64,000 nucleotides of DNA from Octopus bimaculoides (taxonomy: Eukaryota), in the NCBI RefSeq assembly GCF_001194135.2, contig NC_068987.1, positions 104,523,406 through 104,587,405 of the forward strand, written 5' to 3'. The notes beneath the pieces were generated by a model. That model did no database searches, was not told the DNA's origin, and saw only the letters and a list, made by a program, of their open reading frames with translations. The position numbers and the translations under genes were made by a program. This document shows, piece after piece, positions 38,901-52,702 of the stretch (its first letter is position 1; every line of letters begins with the position of its first letter).

Positions 38901-39968
38901 GCTGTCACCCACCATTTATTAGAGCTTTTCACAAAATATTATATTTCTCTTAATTTAAAACGACCAGTGCTTCAAAATGGACACCCAAGTCGGTATTGTT
39001 TAACTGGTTGCTGATTTGTATTAACAAACAAAAATGATGACATCAATGCCTCGAGTTACTACCGTTTTTTCATTTCCTCCTGTTTCAGCTAGACTAAAAA
39101 ATAGATGAATGTAAAGTCAACTTGACGCTGTTGTTGACAATTACATCAGCGATAATATTGATGGTTGCACAACAGACTTTAAATTGGAAGAGCTAACATC
39201 CTGTAATAACGGCATGGACAACAGTGTCAACAGAAACAACAAAAGCATCAACACCAGTCGAATTAGAGACAGCATCGACAATATCGTCAACAGTTGTAAC
39301 AGCAATAACAACATAACAAAATAACATTGATATTAAAAAAAAATACAGCAAGAGCAACAAATATTAATATAAAACATAAAAACATTAAAAAAAAAACATT
39401 CTAGTAGCAAATAATATTTATGATAAAGACAGTGTTGCTAAAACTATAGCGATAAAAATATATTAATTAAAAACACCAGACAGATATGATAATCAAGTTT
39501 GTAATTAACAAAGAGAAAGTTCTACAAAGTATCAGACCATTTTATTAATGTATAGATAAACAGATAAAATAAGTTAAAACAAAACCCCACAGTGGTCAAA
39601 TGTATATTATCGTATTTAAAAGATGTATATATAATTATATGTTTATAGTATGTATATATTCATCTGAGCGTGTCTTTCTCAATTACTTTCAGACAAGCCA
39701 TTTTTTTTTTACTTTTTCTGAACATAAACCTGTCTTTATGAAGTGTGTGTACATCTTGCCTCCAGACTAGGTTTCTGAGAACTCATTATAGTTCATGTGC
39801 GAATGTGTTTGGATGTATGAGTGAATTCTTATTACATACTCACACACTTACGTAGATACACAGACACATGCGATTTATCATGTTTCGCACACACGCATAC
39901 ACACACGCACACATACGCAAACAAACGCATATAAACACGTATACATATATAAATGATGGTCTGTGTGC

Positions 39969-40023
<55 letters not shown>

Positions 40024-40159
40024 TATGTATAGGGATATATGTGTGCGTTTGTCTGCGTTTATATTTATACATGTGAATATACAGATACACATACACACAC
40101 ACGGTATATATGTGTGTGTGTATACACACACATACATATATATGCATATGCATACATAC

Positions 40160-40193
<34 letters not shown>

Positions 40194-40473
40194 ATATACA
40201 TACATANNNNNNNNNNNNNNNNNNNNNNNNNNNNNNNNNNNNNNNNNNNNNNNNNNNNNNNNNNNNNNNNNNNNNNNNNNNNNNNNNNNNNNNNNNNNNN
40301 NNNNNNNNNNNNNNNNNNNNNNNNNNNNNNNNNNNNNNNNNNNNNNNNNNNNNNNNNNNNNNNNNNNNNNNNNNNNNNNNNNNNNNNNNNNNNNNNNNNN
40401 NNNNNNNNNNNNNNNNNNNNNNNNNNNNNNNNNNNNNNNNNNNNNNNNNNNNNNNNNNNNNNNNNNNNNNNNN

Positions 40474-40625
40474 CTTTATATTACATTAATCTTAATCTTA
40501 ATCTTATTTCGGCCAGAGTTCTTTCGTCACACTTCTGTGACCTCATCAGTGGTCCTTTGTTTCCTTCTTTCTTATGTGTGTCTCACCTTGCTAACTATCA
40601 GCCATATATCAGCCATATATATATA
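40474..40625 (-). mobile_element. Short Penelope-like repeat carrying a hammerhead ribozyme, with an (AAGATT)n tail
   Basis: Unique ~150-bp segment between a gap and (TA)n; contains the hammerhead listed next. Confidence 0.5.
40511..40555 (-). ncRNA. Minimal type I hammerhead ribozyme (predicted)
   Basis: Minus strand GGACCA-CUGAUGA-G-GUCACA-GAAG-UGUGAC-GAAA-G-AA-CUC|UGGCC. All core nucleotides are present, with a 6-bp stem II, 2-bp stem III, and stem I of 3+2 bp with a bulged A. Confidence 0.7.
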
Positions 40626-40929
40626 TATACCTATACATAATATATGTAAGTAAATGCATAGATACGCAAAATTATATACAAAACACACACGTTAATACGT
40701 ACTCGTGCGTGTATGTTTGCTTTCATACACACTTATGTGTAAACATGTATGTAGATTAACCGATTCAATTAACCCCAACAATAGTCTCAGTTGTACACCA
40801 AACAATCAGATAAAAGAAAACAGAAGTTATACATAATTTTCTACTGACGTGAAATGTTCTGCTTCATAAACATCATATTATAAAATAATAATGATAGTAA
40901 ATGGTATAAATGTATGTGTATATGCTTAC

Positions 40930-40977
40930 TTTTTTTATGCATGTATGTATGTATATATGTATGTACGTATGTATTTG

Positions 40978-41009
<32 letters not shown>

Positions 41010-41339
41010 TGTATGTATGATGTATGTATGTATGTATGTATGTATGTATGTATGTATGTGAATGTATGTGTGAATGTATATATGTATATGTGTTCGTGGA
41101 AATAAACCATTCTCTATACATGCATACATACATACATACTTACATACATACATACGTACGTACATACACATACATATATATGTTATATGCACACAACACA
41201 CACACACATACATATACATATATATATGTCATATATAAGAGATAGATAGATAGATACATACATACATACATACATACATACATACATACATAGGTAGATA
41301 CATACATAGATAGATACATAGAGAGATAGACAGACAGAC

Positions 41340-41428
<89 letters not shown>

Positions 41429-41470
41429 CACACGCACATACGTGTATATACATATGTATGTATGTATGTA
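40930..41470. repeat. Compound (TATG)/(TACA)/(TAGA)n array
   Basis: Direct reading of the sequence. Confidence 0.9.
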
Positions 41471-41484
41471 TAGTTAACTAAGAC

Positions 41485-41536
41485 TACTGAGTACTGAGTA
41501 CTGAGTACTGAGTACTGAGTACTGAGTACTGAGTAC
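41485..41536. repeat. Heptamer tandem repeat (TACTGAG) x 7.4
   Basis: Perfect units. Confidence 0.95.
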
Positions 41537-42206
41537 ATAGTTTCAGGGAGTCTGGAACAGAGTATTGGTAGTTGACTAAAATAGACGTTTTAGTCATATT
41601 TATAAGCAAGAATTGAGAGATAACATTAAAAAAAAAAGTTAGCCATTTTCAGTTTTTCTTGAAATCAATGAGTCGATAACTTATTTCAGTATGATCATTG
41701 ATTTGAACTATTCCTTGGAAAAAGATCGTACCTTGTTAAAAGAAATATTTCTTCTCTGAACAATTACTTTCCAATTCCGTCATACCCATCCTTAACTTAT
41801 AATTCAATGCGGTGTTTTTAACTGAAATTTGAACAGTTTTAATGTTATTTTATTTCGTTTGTTATGTTCGATAATCTTAAATTGTAATTTATTGATGTTT
41901 TAGAAATCACCGTATATGCAACAGACTACGTAAAAATATCATCACATTTAACGATAGGTATTGTATTTCAATTCAAATCTATGTTTTTTTTTTAAATACT
42001 GTTGATTTTTAATTTTTATATTTACTAAACATACAACCAAATTTTATAGCAGACATTGCAAGGGTGCATCGTCAAATAAATTGATACCAATACATATTTG
42101 ATCGACCCCAGAGTCAGGAAATGTAAGGTTAGTTCTGATGAGATTCAAACTTGTAGACAAACTCGATATTGACTATAGACAGACAGAAACTTTACTGAAC
42201 TTATTA

Positions 42207-42530
42207 TTGCTTCCCAACTACATGGTTCCAGGTTCAGTCTCACTGCGTGGCACTCTGGGTCAGTGTTTTTTGTTATAGCCTCGGGCCGACCAAAGTCTTG
42301 TGAGTGGATTTGGTAGACGGAAACTCAAAGAAAGCCGTCGTGTGTGTGTTTGTCCCTTTCCACCATCGCTTGACAACCGATGCTAGTGTGTTTATGTCAC
42401 CGAAACATAGCAAAAGACACCGATAGAACAAGTACTAGGCTTACAAAGAATAAGTTCTGAGGTCGATTTGTTCGACTAAAGGCGGTGCTCCAGCATGGCC
42501 ATAGTCAAATAACTGAAACATGTAAAAGAA
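42207..42530 (+). mobile_element. tRNA-derived SINE, family B (5' truncated)
   Basis: Matches 44516-44799 and the minus-strand copies. Confidence 0.85.
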
Positions 42531-44515
42531 TAAAACAATAAAAGAATAACACAAGACTTGGGAAATAAATATAAAAAGAATTGCACGTAGCACTTGATAG
42601 GTATTTATTTTATTGTAGTTGGAGAAATGACAGGTAAATATGACATTGGTGCTATTTAAACTTAGAATATACCCAGGGGTAACTAAATACTGCAATATAT
42701 TTTGTCTGGCACTCTACCAATACTGTCACACCACCATTGTTATTTTGTCCGATGTTGTGTTGATTCTGTCATCATCTTGTCTATTTCTTCACAGATTCTA
42801 CTATTTACCATATTTTGGCATTTAATATATTTAGAATATTGTTAACGTGTTGAGAAGGCTGTGTTGTGAGTGAAATGGAAGAGGGTCAAAGACAGAAATA
42901 CCTAACAATATATAGTTGTATCCCTCTATGTTAAAAATTCATAGGACTTTATGAAATAGTATGAGCGTCGTTCCTACAAATTTGCAATTGCTATTAAAAA
43001 GGGGAATCAGTAACTGAGGGAGAAGAAAAGGAAACAAAACGTATGGAATATGATATAATGTCTAACGAAAGAAAGAAATATGTATACTAATATTTAAAAT
43101 GTTGGAAAATTTTCGATGGATCTTGAATTTTAACCACGAATATCATTAAAATTTACATCTTTGTATTTTTTTTTTCTTTGGCTCATTCAGTAAAGATCAA
43201 TTAGATATAAATTTCTTTCCTCAACACCAAATTATTAAAACTGATATTTTTGAGCCAATATTCAATCAATAAGAAGTTTCCAAAAAAGGATTTGAATGAC
43301 GTTTCATGAAATATTAGAAACCTTGAGAGATGGAAAGAATAAAATGCAACAAATAACTCAAATATGATTGAAAAATAAAACTAAAATATTAAAATCGAAG
43401 AATTAATTGATGTCCGTTGATTTCAGAAGTGTAAAGATGTTTCAATTTGGTTTACTGAGAACATACACCTGCAACAAAACACTGCTATGTTTTTCATTTT
43501 TATTTGTATTTAGATATAGAAACGCAAGTATATGGGAATGGAGTGTTACTTGTGGGTGTTCATGCCTTTCTCAAATCCATTTTCTGTTTAAATGAAAGGA
43601 AATACTTTTAAGTAAGAATCAAAACCAGACGCAGAATCGTCAAAATCTTGAAGACCAAATACAACTTAGCAGGGGAAACAACTCTAAATCTATCTGTTAT
43701 AATTGCTCGCTGACCAGACAATAATGTCAGTAATCCGTTTATAAATCAATATATCTATTACTCACCCAGCTTCACGTCTCTCAGTTAACCAGCTCTAGTT
43801 TTAGACATTATCTAATGAATTATATCGCTAGTGAGTTGGTTATCAAAAGCAGAAGTCTTAATTACATCATTCACGTTTTATAATAATACCGCAGTTATAC
43901 AAATAAGAATAATGCAAACAACCAAAATATAAAATGTCGCTCTTCAGAATTTTATAGAATAATTTATTCAGAAAAGTTGGCATCGTGATTGTTGCAGGAA
44001 ATTAATTAGTCAATCATTTGAACTCATTAATAACGAAAGAGAATAATTATTAATTTAATAAAAACATTTTGTTATTAAATTTGAATTATTCCTTGTTACA
44101 AATATTTTTTTTTTCCTATAATAATTGAACACCTTCTTATTTTATATTTTATTGAAATTATTTCAATGAATTTGTATTCTATATTCTCTTCCGGGTATAT
44201 GTGAAATTCTTCCTCTAAAATTTTCGTCAAATACTTTTTTGATTTTTCCACTTTCTATTTTATTTCACATGCATGTTATTTACGAAATTCAAATATAAAA
44301 CATAAAAAGTGATTTGATTAATCTACTAGTTTTGCTGAGTTTATAGCCCTCGTAAGACTATAAGTTAATATTACAAACCAATTCGATTAATACCGATATG
44401 TTCCATATTACATTTTCCAACGTTTTGCTTACATCAGAGAACAAAAATCAATTATATAAATTCTTTTTTAAAAAAATTCATTTGCCTTACGTAAATACAA
44501 TTAAAATTTGAGTTC

Positions 44516-44682
44516 GGCTCAGGCGTGGCTGTGTGGTAAGAAGGTCGCTTCCCAAGCACATGGTTCCGGATTCAGTCCCACTGCGTGGCACCTTAAACAG
44601 GTGTCTTTTACTATAGCTTCGGGCTGATCAAAGCCTTGTGAGTGGATTTGATAGACGGAAACTGAAAAAAAGTCCGTTGTAT

Positions 44683-44738
<56 letters not shown>

Positions 44739-44799
44739 CCACATATATGTTTGTGTGTTTGTGTTTGTCTCCCCCATCATCATCGCTTGACAACCGATG
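44516..44799 (+). mobile_element. tRNA-derived SINE, family B (3' end in gap)
   Basis: Head 'ggcgtggctgtgtggtaagaagg', B-box 'ggattcagtccc', internal (CA)n. Confidence 0.85.
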
Positions 44800-45300
44800 N
44801 NNNNNNNNNNNNNNNNNNNNNNNNNNNNNNNNNNNNNNNNNNNNNNNNNNNNNNNNNNNNNNNNNNNNNNNNNNNNNNNNNNNNNNNNNNNNNNNNNNNN
44901 NNNNNNNNNNNNNNNNNNNNNNNNNNNNNNNNNNNNNNNNNNNNNNNNNNNNNNNNNNNNNNNNNNNNNNNNNNNNNNNNNNNNNNNNNNNNNNNNNNNN
45001 NNNNNNNNNNNNNNNNNNNNNNNNNNNNNNNNNNNNNNNNNNNNNNNNNNNNNNNNNNNNNNNNNNNNNNNNNNNNNNNNNNNNNNNNNNNNNNNNNNNN
45101 NNNNNNNNNNNNNNNNNNNNNNNNNNNNNNNNNNNNNNNNNNNNNNNNNNNNNNNNNNNNNNNNNNNNNNNNNNNNNNNNNNNNNNNNNNNNNNNNNNNN
45201 NNNNNNNNNNNNNNNNNNNNNNNNNNATATATATGTACATATATATACACATACATACATACATGCATCGCATACATACATACATACATACATACATACA

Positions 45301-45335
<35 letters not shown>

Positions 45336-45384
45336 GTATGTATATGTATTTAGTGGCAGAGTGACAGATTAGATAGATAGATAA

Positions 45385-45455
<71 letters not shown>

Positions 45456-46493
45456 TACGTTTATGTATGTATATGTGTATTATACATACATGCATGTGTC
45501 TATAGATATGTAGTTACAGTTATAACAACACACACACACACACTTATATGTATGTATATAAGCGTACACATGTGCATGCGCACGCACGGTCACACACACA
45601 CACACAATTTCATGAACATTACAATATATATTTTATAGAAATTATAACAAGTGTTTCTCGTAAAAAAGCAAATTTTCATAAACTCAAAAGCAACTGGTGT
45701 AAGTTCGCGACATAATTCGATCAGTTGCACGTTTACTGCACGTCCAAACTAAATTGGTTCTCTGTTGTCTTGTAATATATGCCTTCTCAAGCGTATACAA
45801 TTTATTTTCAAGAAGAATGGATCAGTAATCTACTCTTATGTTTCAATGATCAGTGTCTATCGTATTCGAAAGTAGAGCAATGCATTCAAAACTTGTAATA
45901 ATATAGCTTTACGAAATTGAAATGACTAACTATTGCTTATTATGATAGCTGTTCCTGTGTGAATAAACTACGTGTAGATTTCAGCAATGATCAGCTTCCT
46001 TATTGTTTAGCACTCTAGTAATGCGTTAGTATGCACTTCATTCATTAGGCATGAAGATAAGGTTTAATGCATTGCTCCAGACAATTCACTACGTCAGTAA
46101 TGAGATAAGGGTGACACCTAATGTCAAACAGCCTGAGTCTTCAGCTATATATTTAACATTATTCTTTTAACATAATTTGAAGTTCTGCTAACAAACCTAT
46201 TCCATTCCAAAGGAAGTTCTACTACAACAACTATTCTATTCCTTTCTTATTGAAGACAAGTTCCATATGCATCTGAAGGTATATATTATTTTCTTTAAAC
46301 ATCTTCAGATTAACAGGTAGTTTTTTTCGATAGAAATACTGTACACTTGATTTTCTTTAAGATTATTCTAATAACGTGTCATTCATAGTAGTCTCTGCCC
46401 TTTAACTGTTACATCGCGAATTATTGACCTTTTATTTTCATCTTTAAAGTTAATTAATACGTAATAAATAAATTGGTGTTTAATACATGCACC

Positions 46494-46705
46494 GCACGGC
46501 GAGTTGGTAGAAACGTTAGCACGCCGCGCGAAATGCTTAGCGGTATTTCGTCAATCTTTACGTTCTGAGTTCAAATTCCGCCGAGGTCGATTTTGCTTTT
46601 CATCCTTTCGGGGTCAATAAATTAAGTACCAGTTGCATACTGGAGTCGATCCAATCGACTGGCCCCTCCCCCAAAATTCCGGGCCCTGTGCCTAGAGTAG
46701 AAAAT
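46494..46705 (+). mobile_element. tRNA-derived SINE, family A, near full length
   Basis: Matches the other family A copies throughout. Confidence 0.9.
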
Positions 46706-46757
46706 AATATATGCATCACACGTACACATATATGCATGTGCATGTGTTTCTATCGCT

Positions 46758-46817
<60 letters not shown>

Positions 46818-47012
46818 NNNNNNNNNNNNNNNNNNNNNNNNNNNNNNNNNNNNNNNNNNNNNNNNNNNNNNNNNNNNNNNNNNNNNNNNNNNNNNNNNNN
46901 NNNNNNNNNNNNNNNNNNNNNNNNNNNNNNNNNNNNNNNNNNNNNNNNNNNNNNNNNNNNNNNNNNNNNNNNNNNNNNNNNNNNNNNNNNNNNNNNNNNN
47001 NNNNNNNNNNNN

Positions 47013-47078
<66 letters not shown>

Positions 47079-47479
47079 TGTGTGTGTGTATGTATATACA
47101 CATACACAGAGGCGCACACACACACACATATATATATACTTCATTTTTTTTATCTGGTTTGCTAGATTCTTTATGTGAATTCGTGTGTTGAAACAAATTT
47201 AGTTGAAACAAATTTAGTCATACTGCCTCAATGCCTTAATATCTAACACACTCACCGGTTCATTTTCCACTCATTTATTAGTAATACATTTTTTTCGAAA
47301 ATTTTCGTTGATTTTACAGCCTTGTCAATGGATGTAAAATTTTGTCCGTTATCGGTGCCGCGTTCCTTTCGTGCGCATGCGTTTGCTTGTGTATGCACAT
47401 ATGTGTGTATGCATGTATGTATGTATGCAATCATGCATGTATGCGTGCATGTATGTATGTATGTATGTATGTTTACTAT

Positions 47480-47892
47480 AGGTACACGGACGGGATGCGA
47501 TGCTGAATGCACTTTTGATGAAGGATAAGATGCCGAAGCCAAGAAACCGAACGGACATAATGCCGAATGGACATAAAAACCGAACGGACAAGGTGCCGAA
47601 AAGACAAACGAAAATAAAAATATATGATAATCATTTTATTCCTATAATATAACCATTTGACAGACTAAAACGTAGAAAAAATAAGTACATAAAACCACTT
47701 TTTAAATAGGATTCTTTACTGGATTTACAATGTAAACATACAAAAATTATATGATTGAATAGTAATCTCGTAAAATCTTAAGTGCCAAATTGGAGATTTG
47801 GCCATTAAAATATGTAGGTAGGTATTTTCTTTTTTATTATTGTGTTCGTTCGGCTTCTTGCGCATTCGACATCCTGTCCGCGGACAGTACTA
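47480..47892. mobile_element. MITE-like element with imperfect TIRs and ~20-bp subterminal CCGAAYGGACA repeats
   Basis: Left end 'gtacacggacgggatg...gaatgc' versus right-end reverse complement 'gtactgtccgcggacaggatgtcgaatgc'. TA at both ends and an AT-rich core. Confidence 0.5.
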
Positions 47893-48047
47893 NNNNNNNN
47901 NNNNNNNNNNNNNNNNNNNNNNNNNNNNNNNNNNNNNNNNNNNNNNNNNNNNNNNNNNNNNNNNNNNNNNNNNNNNNNNNNNNNNNNNNNNNNNNNNNNN
48001 NNNNNNNNNNNNNNNNNNNNNNNNNNNNNNNNNNNNNNNNNNNNNNN

Positions 48048-48090
<43 letters not shown>

Positions 48091-49147
48091 TGCACACACA
48101 CATACACCATATATATATGCAAAAATAATGTGATAGGATATATTTCTGTTAATGAAAAGTTATAATTGTTTGACTTATGTTATCAAATGTATACAAATTC
48201 ACCGAATTGAATCAACCGAATGAACACAAACTAAGTATCTTTTCGTTAACAAAGCACTACCAAAAACGTCATTGTCAAGAGCGATGTAGAAGCATACATT
48301 AATAACTGCGAATCAAGCTACAAAAGAAGCATTCTCCCATGGTCAACGAAAACCCATCTGAAACTCAAATCGTCATTGAACGAACGATTGAATATCAATA
48401 TCTTTTTAGCGCCTTAAAAGTGATTAGGGGTGATATGTTACAAGAGGTACAAAATATCGAACTGAAACAGGCGATTTTATTGTAAATATAAGCGTTTTTC
48501 CTTAATATATGATAAAACCGGAGATTACTGAATAAGTACTGAGTAAACGTGTATAAAACTTTAAATCCCCATTCGTATACCTCAGCAATTGCATTCTAAA
48601 TCGTTCAAAGCTACGCTCAGCTCTCTGAATCTTAACAAGAATCATGGTTCTCGTGAATGAAGAGATACAATTAATTCGAAACATGTGTGCCTCAACGTCC
48701 TCCTACGTTACTGTGTTGTGTGTATTGTAAATACACACCATCTGAAAGAAGAAGTTGCTCTCCAAAGACGAAGCACTATAACGATTAACATATTTCCGTT
48801 CAAGTACACCAGATCGTGAAATGAATTCTATATATATCATTGCTTTGGTTCTAGCCGTCTTCCGTGTTCAATATAATCTATTATTTGTACGTTTTGTTTT
48901 CTCGTTAATATCTTAGCACCTGACAAACAGCCCGTAAAAATATTTAACACCAGAAATTCATTAAAACGGTACATAGATGTGATTATGTGTGTGCTGTCGC
49001 TCTACTTGACATTGAGAGCTTGTGTATACTATTTTATATGTACAGAATATAACGCACACATCAATTTGCTTATTTGTTTCAGTTTCATCTTTCTAATACC
49101 AATATGTTCCTTTACAAAATTACTAGTTTTATGTGTTTTCTTTCAAG

Positions 49148-49252
49148 ATTGTTTATTACAGTCTGTAATTACAGTTTATTGCAGTCTGTTTACAGATTGT
49201 TTATTATAGATCGTTCATTACAGATTGTTTATTACAGTCTGTAATTACAGTT
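49148..49252. repeat. Degenerate minisatellite with two copies of GATTGTTTATTACAGTCTGTAATTACAG
   Basis: Direct reading; each copy ends in the 12-bp palindrome CTGTAATTACAG. Confidence 0.75.
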
Positions 49253-51027
49253 GTAAAAATTACTATTCTGTTTAGCTACAGGTTAGCCCTAGTCAAGCAG
49301 AGGTGTTCTAGCCTTGCCCATCACATTTTCTTTGTATGCCAAAATGTGACCTATTGTTCAAGACGGAGGTGTGAGATTTGAGATTTGTTTAAGATGGAGG
49401 TTTGAGACTGACTGACGTTTCTAGACGTGTATATTCTTTAATTCTATATGACGAAAACGTAATTTACTCTTTTCATATTTAAGTCTAACAAATTTAGTAA
49501 ACTTGAATACATTTTTTTCTTTAATTTTCGTAGCAGAACGGTTAGTTTTACAATAAGTAATTAATATTTAACGCTTGATTTATCTTTAACAGTTCCTCAA
49601 AAGTTACCTATAGTTTAATAGTTACTCTATAGATATATTTGTAGCTAATATAACCAGCTGAAGCTACAGATGAAGCATAAGGAAGTGCACAGGAAATTGT
49701 GACCTCTGTGCATTTATGTATAATTTATGTATAACATATTCTGATCGTCTATGCTTTCAATCAAAGTACAATAAGTTGATTATACCCTATATAATAAGAG
49801 AATATATCTTATATCAATCCCGTCCAGCTATGTCAATGACACGGTCTAATGTGGCTAATATAGGATGCACTGTTGCATACCATCATTCGAATATTAATTC
49901 AGAACCAACAATCTATATAGCTTGCTGAATGATTCTGTAACCTGTCGTACTATAAGGTCATTCGGATATTCTGACATCCATTGGGACTTTTGATCGATTT
50001 GTCATGTTTCTCCAGTTGGTAGAGAATAACATCAACATTGCCTTTCGATGAGGTTATTCCAAAGATTGGCAAAACCAAACTGACTCTTCTGAAGTGGTTT
50101 GCAAACAATACGAAAAATAGATAAAAGTGCTTGGTTTCAATATCAACTTTTAAATAAAGCTATAAACTACCGAAAACACGAAACAAATTACTGAACATGG
50201 GTGTAAGTTAACATTGGCTAACAGAGAAGAGGAAGTGTAAGGCTAAGAAGATGGTATAAATTAAAGTAAATGACTAACAAATGGATCAATAACGCGCTAG
50301 CCTGTATAACAATAGCAAGACACGGTAAGAAAGAATACGTGGAAGCATATATATATATATATATATATANNNNNNNNNNNNNNNNNNNNNNNNNNNNNNN
50401 NNNNNNNNNNNNNNNNNNNNNNNNNNNNNNNNNNNNNNNNNNNNNNNNNNNNNNNNNNNNNNNNNNNNNNNNNNNNNNNNNNNNNNNNNNNNNNNNNNNN
50501 NNNNNNNNNNNNNNNNNNNNNNNNNNNNNNNNNNNNNNNNNNNNNNNNNNNNNNNNNNNNNNNNNNNNNNNNNNNNNNNNNNNNNNNNNNNNNNNNNNNN
50601 NNNNNNNNNNNNNNNNNNNNNNNNNNNNNNNNNNNNNNNNNNNNNNNNNNNNNNNNNNNNNNNNNNNNNNNNNNNNNNNNNNNNNNNNNNNNNNNNNNNN
50701 NNNNNNNNNNNNNNNNNNNNNNNNNNNNNNNNNNNNNNNNNNNNNNNNNNNNNNNNNNNNNNNNNNNNNNNNNNNNNNNNNNNNNNNNNNNNNNNNNNNN
50801 NNNNNNNNNNNNNNNNNNNNNNNNNNNNNNNNNNNNNNNNNNNNNNNNNNNNNNNNNNNNNNNNNNNNNNNNNNNNNNNNNNNNNNNNNNNNNNNNNNNN
50901 NNNNNNNNNNNNNNNNNNNNNNNNNNNNNNNNNNNNNNNNNNNNNNNNNNNNNNNNNNNNNNNNNNNNNNNNNNNNNNNNNNNNNNNNNNNNNNNNNNNN
51001 NNNNNNNNNNNNNNNNNNNNNNNNNNN

Positions 51028-51062
<35 letters not shown>

Positions 51063-51554
51063 ATAATGCCGTGCTAGAAACACTGTATGAAGTGAAAGAC
51101 TGGGTGGTAACAGCTGGATCGTCTTTGAAAGTAAACTACATTCACAGATAGGCTAATTACCACGAAACTATTGTAAAAGAGAAAAGAGGCATGAGTTTGG
51201 CATTGTAGAGAGATTGAGAATATACAACAAAACAAAATCGTCGAAGAGAACGGGGAAATGACATAAAAGCGTATGTGTGCATGTGTGTGCATGTGTATAC
51301 GTGTGCGTATATGTACGTGTGTATATGTGCGGGTTAACGTACGCACTTTTTATATTACGATATTACTATAATAGATATAAGAAGCGTTTCCATTGAATTC
51401 TTTTACATTTAATTGCATGTAATGTATTTATTATACGGTAAATATGATGATTGATATTCATGTTTTATATCTATGCAGAACATATACGTGTGTATCTGTG
51501 TTGGGGTTGGGAAGAAAAGTGAGTGAATGTGTATATGTGCGCTCGTGAGCATGT

Positions 51555-51623
<69 letters not shown>

Positions 51624-52547
51624 NNNNNNNNNNNNNNNNNNNNNNNNNNNNNNNNNNNNNNNNNNNNNNNNNNNNNNNNNNNNNNNNNNNNNNNNNNNNN
51701 NNNNNNNNNNNNNNNNNNNNNNNNNNNNNNNNNNNNNNNNNNNNNNNNNNNNNNNNNNNNNNNNNNNNNNNNNNNNNNNNNNNNNNNNNNNNNNNNNNNN
51801 NNNNNNNNNNNNNNNNNNNNNNNNNNNNNNNNNNNNNNNNNNNNNNNNNNNNNNNNNNNNNNNNNNNNNNNNNNNNNNNNNNNNNNNNNNNNNNNNNNNN
51901 NNNNNNNNNNNNNNNNNNNNNNNNNNNNNNNNNNNNNNNNNNNNNNNNNNNNNNNNNNNNNNNNNNNNNNNNNNNNNNNNNNNNNNNNNNNNNNNNNNNN
52001 NNNNNNNNNNNNNNNNNNNNNNNNNNNNNNNNNNNNNNNNNNNNNNNNNNNNNNNNNNNNNNNNNNNNNNNNNNNNNNNNNNNNNNNNNNNNNNNNNNNN
52101 NNNNNNNNNNNNNNNNNNNNNNNNNNNNNNNNNNNNNNNNNNNNNNNNNNNNNNNNNNNNNNNNNNNNNNNNNNNNNNNNNNNNNNNNNNNNNNNNNNNN
52201 NNNNNNNNNNNNNNNNNNNNNNNNNNNNNNNNNNNNNNNNNNNNNNNNNNNNNNNNNNNNNNNNNNNNNNNNNNNNNNNNNNNNNNNNNNNNNNNNNNNN
52301 NNNNNNNNNNNNNNNNNNNNNNNNNNNNNNNNNNNNNNNNNNNNNNNNNNNNNNNNNNNNNNNNNNNNNNNNNNNNNNNNNNNNNNNNNNNNNNNNNNNN
52401 NNNNNNNNNNNNNNNNNNNNNNNNNNNNNNNNNNNNNNNNNNNNNNNNNNNNNNNNNNNNNNNNNNNNNNNNNNNNNNNNNNNNNNNNNNNNNNNNNNNN
52501 NNNNNNNNNNNNNNNNNNNNNNNNNATATATATATATATATATACAT

Positions 52548-52702
52548 ATATCACAGGTTTCGTCTAGTAAATTCACTAATAAGGGACTGGTCCACTCAGG
52601 ACTATAGTTGAAGACGTTTGCTAAAAGTGCCGCGTGGCGGTACTGAACACAAAATCACGCGGTTTCAAAGAAAGCTCTTTACCCAGATACCCATGCCTGC
52701 GG
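52548..52702 (-). mobile_element. Family B SINE 5' half, diverged
   Basis: Aligns with the 5' half of 21781-22182 and 26806-27191. Confidence 0.65.

Noticed and set aside
39120-39320. Open Asn/Asp/Ser-rich frame
   Set aside because: Decayed (AAC)n low-complexity sequence.
42130-42160. CTGATGAG as a hammerhead core (also at 28317 and minus-strand 20865)
   Set aside because: No stem II followed by GAAA, and no cleavage triplet with a stem I partner.
47841-47865. Resemblance to miR-375 (TTCGTTCGGCT)
   Set aside because: The 5' end and 3' half differ, there is no precursor hairpin, and it lies in a MITE subterminal repeat.
48205-48460. Possible Ty3/Gypsy integrase relic (INRM...DVEAYINNCESS...PW...ERLNI)
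   Set aside because: Cys/His ligands are missing, spacing is off by about 5 residues, and there are several stops; too weak without a profile search.
51092-51115. Resemblance to miR-71 (TGAAAGAC...)
   Set aside because: It diverges after 8 nt and has no hairpin.
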